Virus record (IMG/VR): IMGVR_UViG_3300046003_007336
Location: 134,513 to 198,512 of that record
Source: a virus
DNA: 64,000 nucleotides
Direction: 5' to 3' (one strand)
Shown: one piece after another, positions 1 through 7,880 of the stretch
Layout: each line of letters opens with the position of its first letter
How positions within the stretch are numbered: the stretch's first letter is position 1
Program-made: the position numbers and the translations under genes
Notes under the pieces: generated by a model
The model's input: only the letters and a program-made list of their open reading frames with translations
Told to the model about the DNA's origin: nothing
The model's database searches: none

Positions 1-183
1 CACGCCGTCGAGGGACCAGCGGGCGATGAGAGAGTGGAACTTCCGCGTCGTCGTGGTCACCTCGTCGTTCAGATCAGTCTCCGTGAGGACGACGGTGGTG
101 AACCCGAAACGCCCGACCGTGATTGCGATCTTGGTCACTTCGCCGGTCGGCTTCGTCATCGTGATGGTTGCGGTCTCGGGCAT
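1..183 (-). CDS. hypothetical protein, runs off left window edge (not in ORF track)
   Basis: ATG at 183 preceded by GGAG; open to position 1 (MPETATITMTKPTGEV...). Confidence 0.65.
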   Translation of the reverse strand, partial: MPETATITMTKPTGEVTKIAITVGRFGFTTVVLTETDLNDEVTTTTRKFHSLIARWSLDGV

Positions 184-373
184 GCGCGATCTCCAAAATG
201 GTTCAGACCAGCATTGCACATTTGGATTGCGTGTCAAGAAAAGACTGCGACGAGGACCCTATTTAGTCTCGCAACTTTCTTCGAAAGTCTCCACACATCT
301 CCAAAAAACGGACTCCTAAATACAAGGTGCGGCACACACGACCTAACCTTTCCTCTTACTAGGAGACCTAACA

Positions 374-1156
374 GTGGCACGACAAATGAAGCGCGCTAAC
401 GCCAAACGCGCTGACAAGCCTAACCCCCGCGAAGACCGCAACCAGTCCTATGGCCGCCAAGGTCAGCAACAGCGCGAAACCCGCGATGACAGTGCTGAAT
501 CGATGCGCCCCAAAAAGCGGGTTGAACTCCTCCCACGCAGCGTTGCTCAAGAGGATTACTGTGACGCTCTCCTCGACCCCGACAAGCACGTCGTGTTCGC
601 CATGGGCCCCGCAGGTTGCGGAAAAACCCTTCTCGCCACCCAGTATGCCGTCAAGGGTCTCCTCGACGGTAGCTTCGATAAAATCGTCATCACTCGTCCG
701 GCCGTCTCGGTCGATGAGCAGCACGGCTTCCTGCCAGGCGGCCTCGTAGAGAAAATGCAGCCGTGGATGATGCCCATCCTGGACGTCTTCAAAGAACACT
801 TCTCGCCCGCCCAGGTCGCGAAGATGATTCAGAACGAAGTCATCGAGATCGCACCGCTAGCCTTCATGCGTGGTCGGACGTTCAAGAACTCCATCATCAT
901 CGCCGACGAAATGCAGAACTCAACGACGAGCCAGACCAAAATGGTCCTGACCCGTATCGGCGAGAACTCGAAAATCCTCATCACGGGCGACCTCAAGCAA
1001 CACGACCGGGGCTTCGACACCAACGGTCTCAAGGATTTCGTTGAACGCCTTGAGAAGCGCGTCAGCCCATCGATTTCGGTCATCCGCTTCGGGAACTCAG
1101 ACGTGGAACGTCACCCCGTCATCGAAGACATTCTCGCCATCTACGGCGACGATTGA
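374..1156 (+). CDS. phoH: PhoH-family ATPase
   Basis: GPAGCGKT Walker A, RPAV, RGRTF, IIADEMQN, GDLKQHD, RHPVI motifs; GGAG RBS; TAAATA at 317-322. Confidence 0.95.
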   Translation: MARQMKRANAKRADKPNPREDRNQSYGRQGQQQRETRDDSAESMRPKKRVELLPRSVAQEDYCDALLDPDKHVVFAMGPAGCGKTLLATQYAVKGLLDGSFDKIVITRPAVSVDEQHGFLPGGLVEKMQPWMMPILDVFKEHFSPAQVAKMIQNEVIEIAPLAFMRGRTFKNSIIIADEMQNSTTSQTKMVLTRIGENSKILITGDLKQHDRGFDTNGLKDFVERLEKRVSPSISVIRFGNSDVERHPVIEDILAIYGDD

Positions 1157-1182
1157 TCTGCACTGCTTTGCCGCATAGAGAG

Positions 1183-1206
1183 GGCGCCCTTCGGGGCGCC
1201 TTTTTT
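1183..1206 (+). terminator. rho-independent terminator after phoH
   Basis: GGCGCCC-TTCG-GGGCGCC followed by T6. Confidence 0.9.
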
Positions 1207-1465
1207 ATAGGACGTCGATGACGTCCCCATCCGCGTCCAGATAGGTGATCGTGTAGCGGGGGTCCGACGTGGACATGCAAGACAGACAGCAAGCCACTAT
1301 CTCAACGGTGCCTACGGGGTCCTGGGAGGGGTCCCTGACGGCCTGAATGGTGGTTTGGCATGTCGGGCACCGAACCGTCAACATACAGTCGCAGCGGGCC
1401 GCCCTAGGGGCTCCACAACGCAGGCAGCGGACGTTCTGGTCTATCAGATGATCTATCGGAGTCAC
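1205..1465 (-). CDS. small Cys-rich (Zn-binding) hypothetical protein
   Basis: GGAGG RBS before GTG at 1465 (track start 1531 lies inside the RNA candidate); several CxxC motifs. Confidence 0.6.
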   Translation of the reverse strand: MTPIDHLIDQNVRCLRCGAPRAARCDCMLTVRCPTCQTTIQAVRDPSQDPVGTVEIVACCLSCMSTSDPRYTITYLDADGDVIDVL

Positions 1466-1486
1466 GAAATCCTCCAGAATTAAATC

Positions 1487-1830
1487 AAGGGCGAGCGGAT
1501 AGTCAGTCCACTCGCCCTTAGACCTTACCATCCCGCAAAGGATGATTCGGAGGCCTAGATAGGAGGCCTTGAAGTTTTTCGCTTCGGCGCACCCGTCCGA
1601 AGACAGATGTAATGCTTGGTGTCTGAGACGGTCTTCTAACCGCTAGCTGAGTATGGTTCAGCCATTTCCTCCACCACTGAACGCAGGGGACTCGGACTAC
1701 ATCCAGATCGTCTTGCGACGATCTCGAAGGTTCAATGTGCCGTTCCTCTTGCGAGGGGGCTTGGCTTCCCTTCCTTGAGCCCGAAGCTCTGGGTTGGGGT
1801 GGGTGGCTGCGCGGCCACCGCCTGAACAAC
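1487..1830 (-). ncRNA. candidate large structured non-coding RNA of unknown family
   Basis: About ten hairpins on minus strand including GCAA and C(UUCG)G tetraloops, G-U-compatible long-range stems, upstream promoter, no credible ORF. Confidence 0.7.
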
Positions 1831-1833
1831 TCC

Positions 1834-1862
1834 TTTCTAGCCAGACCCGATCAGGGGTGCAA
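1834..1862 (-). promoter_or_regulatory. sigma70-type promoter upstream of the RNA candidate
   Basis: TTGCAC-N17-TAGAAA on minus strand. Confidence 0.5.
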
Positions 1863-1875
1863 CTGGATTTTTCGG

Positions 1876-1916
1876 TTATCCACAGGCTACGAGTTATCCA
1901 CAGTTTCTGTGGGCAA
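1876..1916. promoter_or_regulatory. DnaA box cluster
   Basis: TTATCCACA at 1876-1884 and 1894-1902; degenerate inverted TTGCCCACA at 1908-1916. Confidence 0.65.
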
Positions 1917-2486
1917 ATATGCCCACTCTGGGAAACGAAGTTTGAAAGCGATCAGGTCTCCCTGCTTCTCGAAGAAGAGGGTGTGCTGGGCCGTGACCGC
2001 TCCCTTGAAATGCTCGTAGAAACCCCACAGGCCGCCCAGCGGGTTCGTCCGCGTGAACTCGCGATAGATGGTATTGTGATCGACCGTCGAGAGGTCACGG
2101 ACCTCGACGCCATAAAAGATTTTCCCCGCTGCCAGCATCTCCTGGTAGCGATCTTCGTTGAGGTAGTTGGTGTTGATCTCGCCTGCGGGCTGCCAGAATC
2201 GGTTGTCCCCCGTGCGGATGCGGGTGTCGCGGCACATCTGGATGACGCGCTTGGCCTGCTTGTAGTCTCCCAATTTGATGTGACGGCGCACGCTATCCAG
2301 CCACTGAAAGCGGATGTGTCGAAGATGGAGGTCGCCGTTCAGGCCGTCCTGGTCTTTACGGTAGTTCTCTTTCTCCGTCCGCATGTGATTGAGGTCGCGG
2401 TTGCAGCGGTCCCGAATTAGCGCAAGGCCGCGCCGCCCGCGCTCGCGCTTCCCAGCCCGCCATTCTGCTGCGGAGATGAACCTCAT
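1887..2486 (-). CDS. hypothetical protein with C-terminal AFKLRF motif
   Basis: 199-aa ORF with 4-nt overlap to the upstream gene. Confidence 0.7.
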   Translation of the reverse strand: MRFISAAEWRAGKRERGRRGLALIRDRCNRDLNHMRTEKENYRKDQDGLNGDLHLRHIRFQWLDSVRRHIKLGDYKQAKRVIQMCRDTRIRTGDNRFWQPAGEINTNYLNEDRYQEMLAAGKIFYGVEVRDLSTVDHNTIYREFTRTNPLGGLWGFYEHFKGAVTAQHTLFFEKQGDLIAFKLRFPEWAYLPTETVDNS

Positions 2487-3151
2487 TGGATATCGTCAAT
2501 CGGCGGCGTGCGCCACTCTGTCTGGAGCCACCGTTGGTCGGCCCGGCTCTTTTCGTCGAAGTGGTCACTCCCCGCTGTCTCCTCAAAGGTGAACTCTGAA
2601 CCGAGTTCGATGTGCTTGAGACGAACGTTAGACCAGCGATAGTAAAAGAGGTCGCGATCATCGAGCCTGAATACGAATGGCCGGATATACTGTTCGGAGA
2701 TCGAGTATTGACGCTTCTCACCAATAGATGGTGTCACGGTGCCGCGCCAGATGTCGTATATCCGTTTGCCATCCTCGGTAAAGACGGGGCGGAGGGCGGA
2801 GAGGAAATGCCCGGCGATGCGGCCACGAGGAAGTCGGTAGACGCTCTGGGTGGTCTTGGCGTATTCGAACAGCCCCTTGGTCGTTCGGGACACCACGACG
2901 TGTTGTTTTGGAAGAGTGATTGAAAGGGGGATACGGATTTCGTCGCGGTTCCACCGCTCGGCGGCTTCCCGGCCAGTCAGTTCGTTCCGGTTCTCGGCCA
3001 CAAGTGGTCCATCGCAGCAATTCGGCCGCGAGCACGAGACCCGCATGTTTATTCTGCTATAACTGTTGCCGGGTGCGAACGCCGAAGCCAGTCCCGGATA
3101 ATTGCCGCACCACGGGCAGGCGTTCATCACTGGCTTGATCTTCGGATACAT
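2483..3151 (-). CDS. hypothetical protein with N-terminal Lar-like Zn finger
   Basis: CPWCG...C..P.CC..GP...EAAERWNR resembles the Lar restriction-alleviation pattern. Confidence 0.55.
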   Translation of the reverse strand: MYPKIKPVMNACPWCGNYPGLASAFAPGNSYSRINMRVSCSRPNCCDGPLVAENRNELTGREAAERWNRDEIRIPLSITLPKQHVVVSRTTKGLFEYAKTTQSVYRLPRGRIAGHFLSALRPVFTEDGKRIYDIWRGTVTPSIGEKRQYSISEQYIRPFVFRLDDRDLFYYRWSNVRLKHIELGSEFTFEETAGSDHFDEKSRADQRWLQTEWRTPPIDDIQ

Positions 3152-3157
3152 CTTCCG

Positions 3158-3185
3158 GGTCTACCACACCGAATATACATGTCAA
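3158..3185 (-). promoter_or_regulatory. sigma70-type promoter, leaderless start
   Basis: TTGACA-N16-TAGACC, 6 nt before ATG 3151. Confidence 0.65.
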
Positions 3186-3187
3186 GC

Positions 3188-3219
3188 AAAAGAAAAGGGC
3201 CGCCCTTTCGAGCGGCCCC
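3188..3219 (-). terminator. terminator after major capsid gene
   Basis: GGGGCCGCTC-GAAA-GGGCGGCCCT followed by TTTCTTTT on minus strand. Confidence 0.9.
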
Positions 3220-3244
3220 CTCTTACCATCAGTAAGAACTGGTC

Positions 3245-4456
3245 TTAGATGAAGGTCAGGTTGGCGGTGTTGATACCGACCAGACCCAGGTAGTCAGCAG
3301 CGTTACCCAGCGAGTTCGCCGTGTTGGTCAGTTCGACGTAGCCGTAGCGCGTCATGAACGAAACAACCGGTTCCATCGTGTTGGGGTCGATGACGACGCC
3401 CGACGAGGTCAGCGGCACGTAGGGGCAGTAGAACGCGGCGGCGTCCATTTCGTTGCCCTTGTAGCCGACCAGAACCGGGGTTCCGTCCGAAGCGTACTGG
3501 TCAACGTAAACGCGCATCGTGTTGTTCAGGGTGCCGACGAACTTGGTGTTGGTCGGAGCCTCGAACACGCCTTCCGTGGTGCGGGCGAACGCCGAAGTGG
3601 TCGCCGACTGGAGGACGGTCAGAGCGGTCGGGGAAACGACAACCCAGTTACCGGCGCCACGACGGGTGCGGGCGGCGATCAGGTTGGCCTGACGGTTGAT
3701 CAGGATGGCCAGAGCAGCGTGAACGTCACCAACGAAGGTCGGGGTGCCGGTCTTGGCGTTCTGGTCGAACGTCGCGGTCGGAGCACCCGGCAGGGCGCGC
3801 AGCGAGACGAGGATTTCCTGGTCGATCTCGGCGGTGATTTCCTGAGCGAGGGCGCCCATGATTTCAGCCTCGATGTCAATGCCCTGCTGAGCTTGGGCGT
3901 CCTGGGCAGCTTCGAAGGTCCAGCGAGCCGCGAGCTTGCGGGTCTTGGCTTCAACAACTTCCTTCAGGATTTGGATGGAGATACGGTTACCCGCACGACC
4001 TTCCAGAGCAGCCGTCACAGCAGCCTTCGGGTTGGCGACGTTCTCGTTACCCGAGTAGTAGCGGGCGATGTCGAACGGCGACAGAGCTTCCGAACCAGCG
4101 GTCACGCCCGAGCCGTTCGTGGGAACGGTGTCGGCATAGCGAACGCGCAGGGTGTGGATTTGGGCAACCGGACCCGTCATCGGCTGGACGCCGATGATTT
4201 CGTTGGCGATGACGGTCGGCATGACGCGGCGGATAACCGGCAGGATGACCTTGTTCAGCGTGGCAACGTTGGCGGCCGAGGTGGCGCCCGAGGTAGCGGT
4301 TTCCATCAGAGCACGGCGGGTGTTATCCAGCACGGTCTCCATGATCTTCTTCTTGTTCGCGTTGAGCGAACCGTCGAAGTTGTGGGTCAGGTCGTTGCCT
4401 TCGCAAAGAGCTTGCTTGGTCGCCTGCCACTGGGATTCAAAAAGGTTCTTAGACAT
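3245..4456 (-). CDS. major capsid protein (T4 gp23-like)
   Basis: VQPMTGP, RKLAARWTFEAAQDA, AFYCPYVPL, FMTRYG motifs; strong codon bias. Confidence 0.95.
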   Translation of the reverse strand: MSKNLFESQWQATKQALCEGNDLTHNFDGSLNANKKKIMETVLDNTRRALMETATSGATSAANVATLNKVILPVIRRVMPTVIANEIIGVQPMTGPVAQIHTLRVRYADTVPTNGSGVTAGSEALSPFDIARYYSGNENVANPKAAVTAALEGRAGNRISIQILKEVVEAKTRKLAARWTFEAAQDAQAQQGIDIEAEIMGALAQEITAEIDQEILVSLRALPGAPTATFDQNAKTGTPTFVGDVHAALAILINRQANLIAARTRRGAGNWVVVSPTALTVLQSATTSAFARTTEGVFEAPTNTKFVGTLNNTMRVYVDQYASDGTPVLVGYKGNEMDAAAFYCPYVPLTSSGVVIDPNTMEPVVSFMTRYGYVELTNTANSLGNAADYLGLVGINTANLTFI

Positions 4457-4477
4457 AGTATAAAATCTCCTAAGGGA

Positions 4478-5722
4478 TTAGTTTTTCTGAATACCGGCAA
4501 GACGGACGACTTGCGCGATATTGGCTTCGATTTCCGGGTCGGTTGCTTGAATGCTTTCGACCAACCGGTTGTTACGTTGGTCACCAGTGACCACCGCAGC
4601 AGGTTGCGCCTTGGTCTCAGAGAGAACCCTGGCAGTCTGCGATTGCATCTTCCGAGCGGGCGCCGATTCGGCGACAACAGGGAGGAGGCGTTCAAAAGAC
4701 TTGCGGAGTTGCGCCGTGGGGGTGCTATCCAGCATGCCTTCCATCACAGCCCGCTTTTCGCCACGTAGTGGAGCGAGAAGTTCGGACATGATCTTCGCAC
4801 GTTCCGAGCGGTCTTCGGCCAGACGTGCCTTGCGGACGGCGGCTTCAGAGGCCTTCTCGGCTTCCATGAGACGAGCCTTCGAGGTTTCGAGTTCGGCCTT
4901 TTGGGACTCCAGAATGTTCTGGAGCTTCTTGGCTTCGGTCGAATCGGCGAAGTAGCTGGACATGAACTCGGAGATGAAGGACTCGAAAATCTTGCGTCCG
5001 AAGTGATTCTGACGGTTGCGTTCGAGGTCTTCGTGGATTTGTCCCATTTCGCGAGTGAGTTGCTCGCTGACGTGACGGTCCAGTTTCCGGGCGGATTCTT
5101 TGATGAATCGCTCCTGAGTTTCCTTCAGGCGACGACGGTTCTCGGTGACCAGCTTGATGCGGGTTTCAACCAGGGCCTTACGGTCGAGGTCGAATTCTTC
5201 AAGCTCACGGCCAAGTTGCTTGACCACGAACTCGTCGATTTTCTTGACGTGCGTGTTGTGTGCTTCCGAAAGCTTGGTCTTGAGGACGTTGACTTCGTTT
5301 GCAGCGGCGACGCGCGCCTCGGCTAGGCTCTTGCGCTCAGCGCGAAGGGCCTTGACTTCTTCTGCCAGTTGAGTGGCAATGAAAGTATTTGCGCTCGTGA
5401 GTTGTTCATTGATGCGCTTGCGGTAGGTCGAGCGACCTTCAGCCAGGGCAGTTTTGACCGACTCGTGAGCTTCACGCAGCTTGTCCAGTTCAGCGGACTT
5501 CTGCGACTCGTAGGACTTGATTACGTCAGTGATGGCGCAATCCATAGCCTCTACAAGATGGTTCTTGTCGTGTTCGTAGCGTTGAGCCAGTTCAGAACGA
5601 ACCGATTCTTCAACCTCTGCGCGGACCTCAGAAACCTTTGCATCAAAGGCTTCTTGCAGCGTCGCGAGAAGTTCCGCAGGGAGCACGTCCGAACCAAGAA
5701 TGTCGGTTAGGGTTTTATCCAT
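4478..5722 (-). CDS. prohead core/scaffold protein (gp22-like)
   Basis: Long charged coiled-coil protein between protease and capsid genes. Confidence 0.8.
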   Translation of the reverse strand: MDKTLTDILGSDVLPAELLATLQEAFDAKVSEVRAEVEESVRSELAQRYEHDKNHLVEAMDCAITDVIKSYESQKSAELDKLREAHESVKTALAEGRSTYRKRINEQLTSANTFIATQLAEEVKALRAERKSLAEARVAAANEVNVLKTKLSEAHNTHVKKIDEFVVKQLGRELEEFDLDRKALVETRIKLVTENRRRLKETQERFIKESARKLDRHVSEQLTREMGQIHEDLERNRQNHFGRKIFESFISEFMSSYFADSTEAKKLQNILESQKAELETSKARLMEAEKASEAAVRKARLAEDRSERAKIMSELLAPLRGEKRAVMEGMLDSTPTAQLRKSFERLLPVVAESAPARKMQSQTARVLSETKAQPAAVVTGDQRNNRLVESIQATDPEIEANIAQVVRLAGIQKN

Positions 5723-5853
5723 TGGATTCGAATCTCCTCAGGTGAAATATTTCTCGGGAGGAGAGCATATCGGCCACTCTTCTCTATCCATATTTACTTA
5801 CGGGTGATTCAAACCTCTGATTTACTGTCAAAAAACGTGTTTTTCTTTGCCAG

Positions 5854-5887
5854 AAAAGCAAAACCCCTCGGAGAATACTCCGAGGGG
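5854..5887 (-). terminator. terminator after prohead protease
   Basis: CCCCTCGGAG-TATT-CTCCGAGGGG followed by TTTTGCTTTT. Confidence 0.85.
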
Positions 5888-5914
5888 CAAGCTATACTCT
5901 TTCGAGTGCAGTCT

Positions 5915-6535
5915 TTAGAGCTTTTGAACCCAGTTCAGAAGCTCCTTGTGGAGGTGCTTCTGGGCCTTGGGGTCATCCATAACGGCCTCAGCAAGTGAGG
6001 AAATCATGTTTCCACGGCGGCCCTGCATGGCCTCGTAGACGGCCTTCGGATAAGCATCCGGGGCCGAGGGCTTCGCAACGATATCAACGGTGACGATCTC
6101 GAAATCTGAGACACGCCCTGAGTCATCAACATCACCTGAACCACGGCTTGAAACGCCGAGCTTGACGCCCGATTCCAAGAGGGTCTTGATGATGTTGCCC
6201 ATCGGCGTCGGCAGAATCTTGAGGCTGCCGTGACCGACGTTGTTCTCCATCCACATCTTGGTGATCATGTGTGAAACACGGTCGATGTTGATGGTGAGCT
6301 TATCAGGGTGATCACACTCGCCGAGAACACTGTCTCCGCGAGAGATGATCGAGTTTACGTCGTCTACTGCCTTTTCGATTTCTCGAACCGGGTAAACGCG
6401 ACCGTTAAGGTTGCGGACGCCGCCCTGGATGAACACACCCTTGAGGGTGAGGCTCTTTCCTTTGCCTTCGCCTTCGTCTTTTGCTTCGACGATGACGCCT
6501 GCTTGATCAAAGTTTAGTCTTTCTACTAGCAGCAT
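5915..6535 (-). CDS. prohead protease (T4 gp21-like)
   Basis: GVFIQG..RNLNGRVYP, LGECDHP, GVSSRGSG, DIVAKPSAPDAYP. Confidence 0.95.
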   Translation of the reverse strand: MLLVERLNFDQAGVIVEAKDEGEGKGKSLTLKGVFIQGGVRNLNGRVYPVREIEKAVDDVNSIISRGDSVLGECDHPDKLTINIDRVSHMITKMWMENNVGHGSLKILPTPMGNIIKTLLESGVKLGVSSRGSGDVDDSGRVSDFEIVTVDIVAKPSAPDAYPKAVYEAMQGRRGNMISSLAEAVMDDPKAQKHLHKELLNWVQKL

Positions 6536-6558
6536 GAGCAGCGTCCTCCCTTACTTGA

Positions 6559-7512
6559 TTACTTCTTGAGACCCGACAGCGGCGAACGGGTGTTCGGCTT
6601 GGAGGTCTTGCCACCAACGCCAACTTCCGAGCCTTCTTTGCTGTTCTTCGGAGCAGCAACCGACGAGAGTGCCGAGTTGGCAGTCTTGACGTTGTTGCGA
6701 CGCTTCTTCAGGTCTTTGACGCCCGGAGCGGTTTCGCGCTCAAAACCAACGTGGTTGGTGGACTTCAGACGAACCGGCTCACCGCCTTGACGGGCAGCGA
6801 TGGACTTCTGCGGCAGGGTGGACTTGCCCTGTTGAGCGAAGGTCTTGCCAGCAGCGATTTCCTTGCCATCGGTGGACAGATCGATGTTGATCTTTTCCAG
6901 TTCCGAAACGACCGACTCAGCCAGATCGTCGAAACCTTCTTCGATTTCGTCTTCTGCACCGGCTTCCGGGCCCATGTCGTCTTCGAGGCCAACGGCAGCA
7001 GCAGCGTCGTCAGCTTCCGGCTCCGAACCTTCGGCGTCGAAGCCGAACTGGTCGCCTTCGTCAGCACCGTCGTCGAGACCGCCATCTTGGCCGAGCATCT
7101 CTTCGAACTTGTCGGCCAGACCTTCGAGAGACGCCAGGAGGTCTTCCATGCGCTCTTCGACGTCTTGCGCCGGGGCTTCTTCGCCGCCCATTTCAGCGGG
7201 TTCTTCAACGTCGAAGTTGCCGCCCATGCCATTGGCATCGTCAGCTTCGCCTTCTTCGGCTTCGGCGCCGAACGGGTTGGCATCGGCTTCTTCGCCTTCA
7301 CCATCCGTCAGTTCGGACATGTCGGCTTCAGAGAAGTATTCCTCTTCGACGACTTCTTGATCGAAGCCTTCGGCCGAGGGGTCTTCGCCATTGCGCATCG
7401 ATTCGTGAATCTGACGGGCACGGGCGACGATGAACTGATGCATCAGTTCTTGAGCTTGTTCTGCGTCACCGTTGAGGTGATGAATCACAGCTTGTTCGAG
7501 GATAGAGCGCAT
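6559..7512 (-). CDS. acidic head-associated protein
   Basis: Very E/D-rich with basic C-terminus; head module; TAAATA at 7557-7562. Confidence 0.7.
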   Translation of the reverse strand: MRSILEQAVIHHLNGDAEQAQELMHQFIVARARQIHESMRNGEDPSAEGFDQEVVEEEYFSEADMSELTDGEGEEADANPFGAEAEEGEADDANGMGGNFDVEEPAEMGGEEAPAQDVEERMEDLLASLEGLADKFEEMLGQDGGLDDGADEGDQFGFDAEGSEPEADDAAAAVGLEDDMGPEAGAEDEIEEGFDDLAESVVSELEKINIDLSTDGKEIAAGKTFAQQGKSTLPQKSIAARQGGEPVRLKSTNHVGFERETAPGVKDLKKRRNNVKTANSALSSVAAPKNSKEGSEVGVGGKTSKPNTRSPLSGLKK

Positions 7513-7609
7513 TTTTTTCTCCCAAAAAGGTTGCTAGACGCATTAGCGTCCTGCTTTATTTAGTTTTGAGAGAAACCGGCGTCAGAATAGGCTGCGAAAA
7601 GGCCGGTTT

Positions 7610-7855
7610 TTAGAACATACCGCCGCCCATGCCACCGCCATCGGCTGGTGCGCCGTACATGATCGCCAGAAGGTCTTCGCGTTTCATGTTCTCTAGCGTG
7701 CGCAGGGCGCGCATTTTCTTCAGCCTGTTGAGATGACGCAGCGTCAATACGGGTTTGCGGGTGTCGCTAAGCTCGCGTTTATTCAGCTTGTCTGCGGCGG
7801 GGTCGTAATACCCCGTCGAGACGTCTTGTGGGTCATTGAACTCGTTGAGCTTCAT
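7610..7855 (-). CDS. small head-module protein
   Basis: 81 aa; GGAG RBS; TAAATA at 7878-7883. Confidence 0.75.
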   Translation of the reverse strand: MKLNEFNDPQDVSTGYYDPAADKLNKRELSDTRKPVLTLRHLNRLKKMRALRTLENMKREDLLAIMYGAPADGGGMGGGMF

Positions 7856-7880
7856 GAATGTCTCCAGGCCTCTGGCTTAT

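Noticed and set aside
1690-1845. GAUGUAGUCC resembling the group I intron S element, with GGCUA as a possible P7 partner
   Set aside because: No interrupted host gene or room for P1-P6, and the GGCUA lies in the predicted promoter; not called an intron
1518-2019. Track ORFs 1518-1829 (-) and 1735-2019 (+)
   Set aside because: No RBS, atypical composition; region better explained by RNA structure
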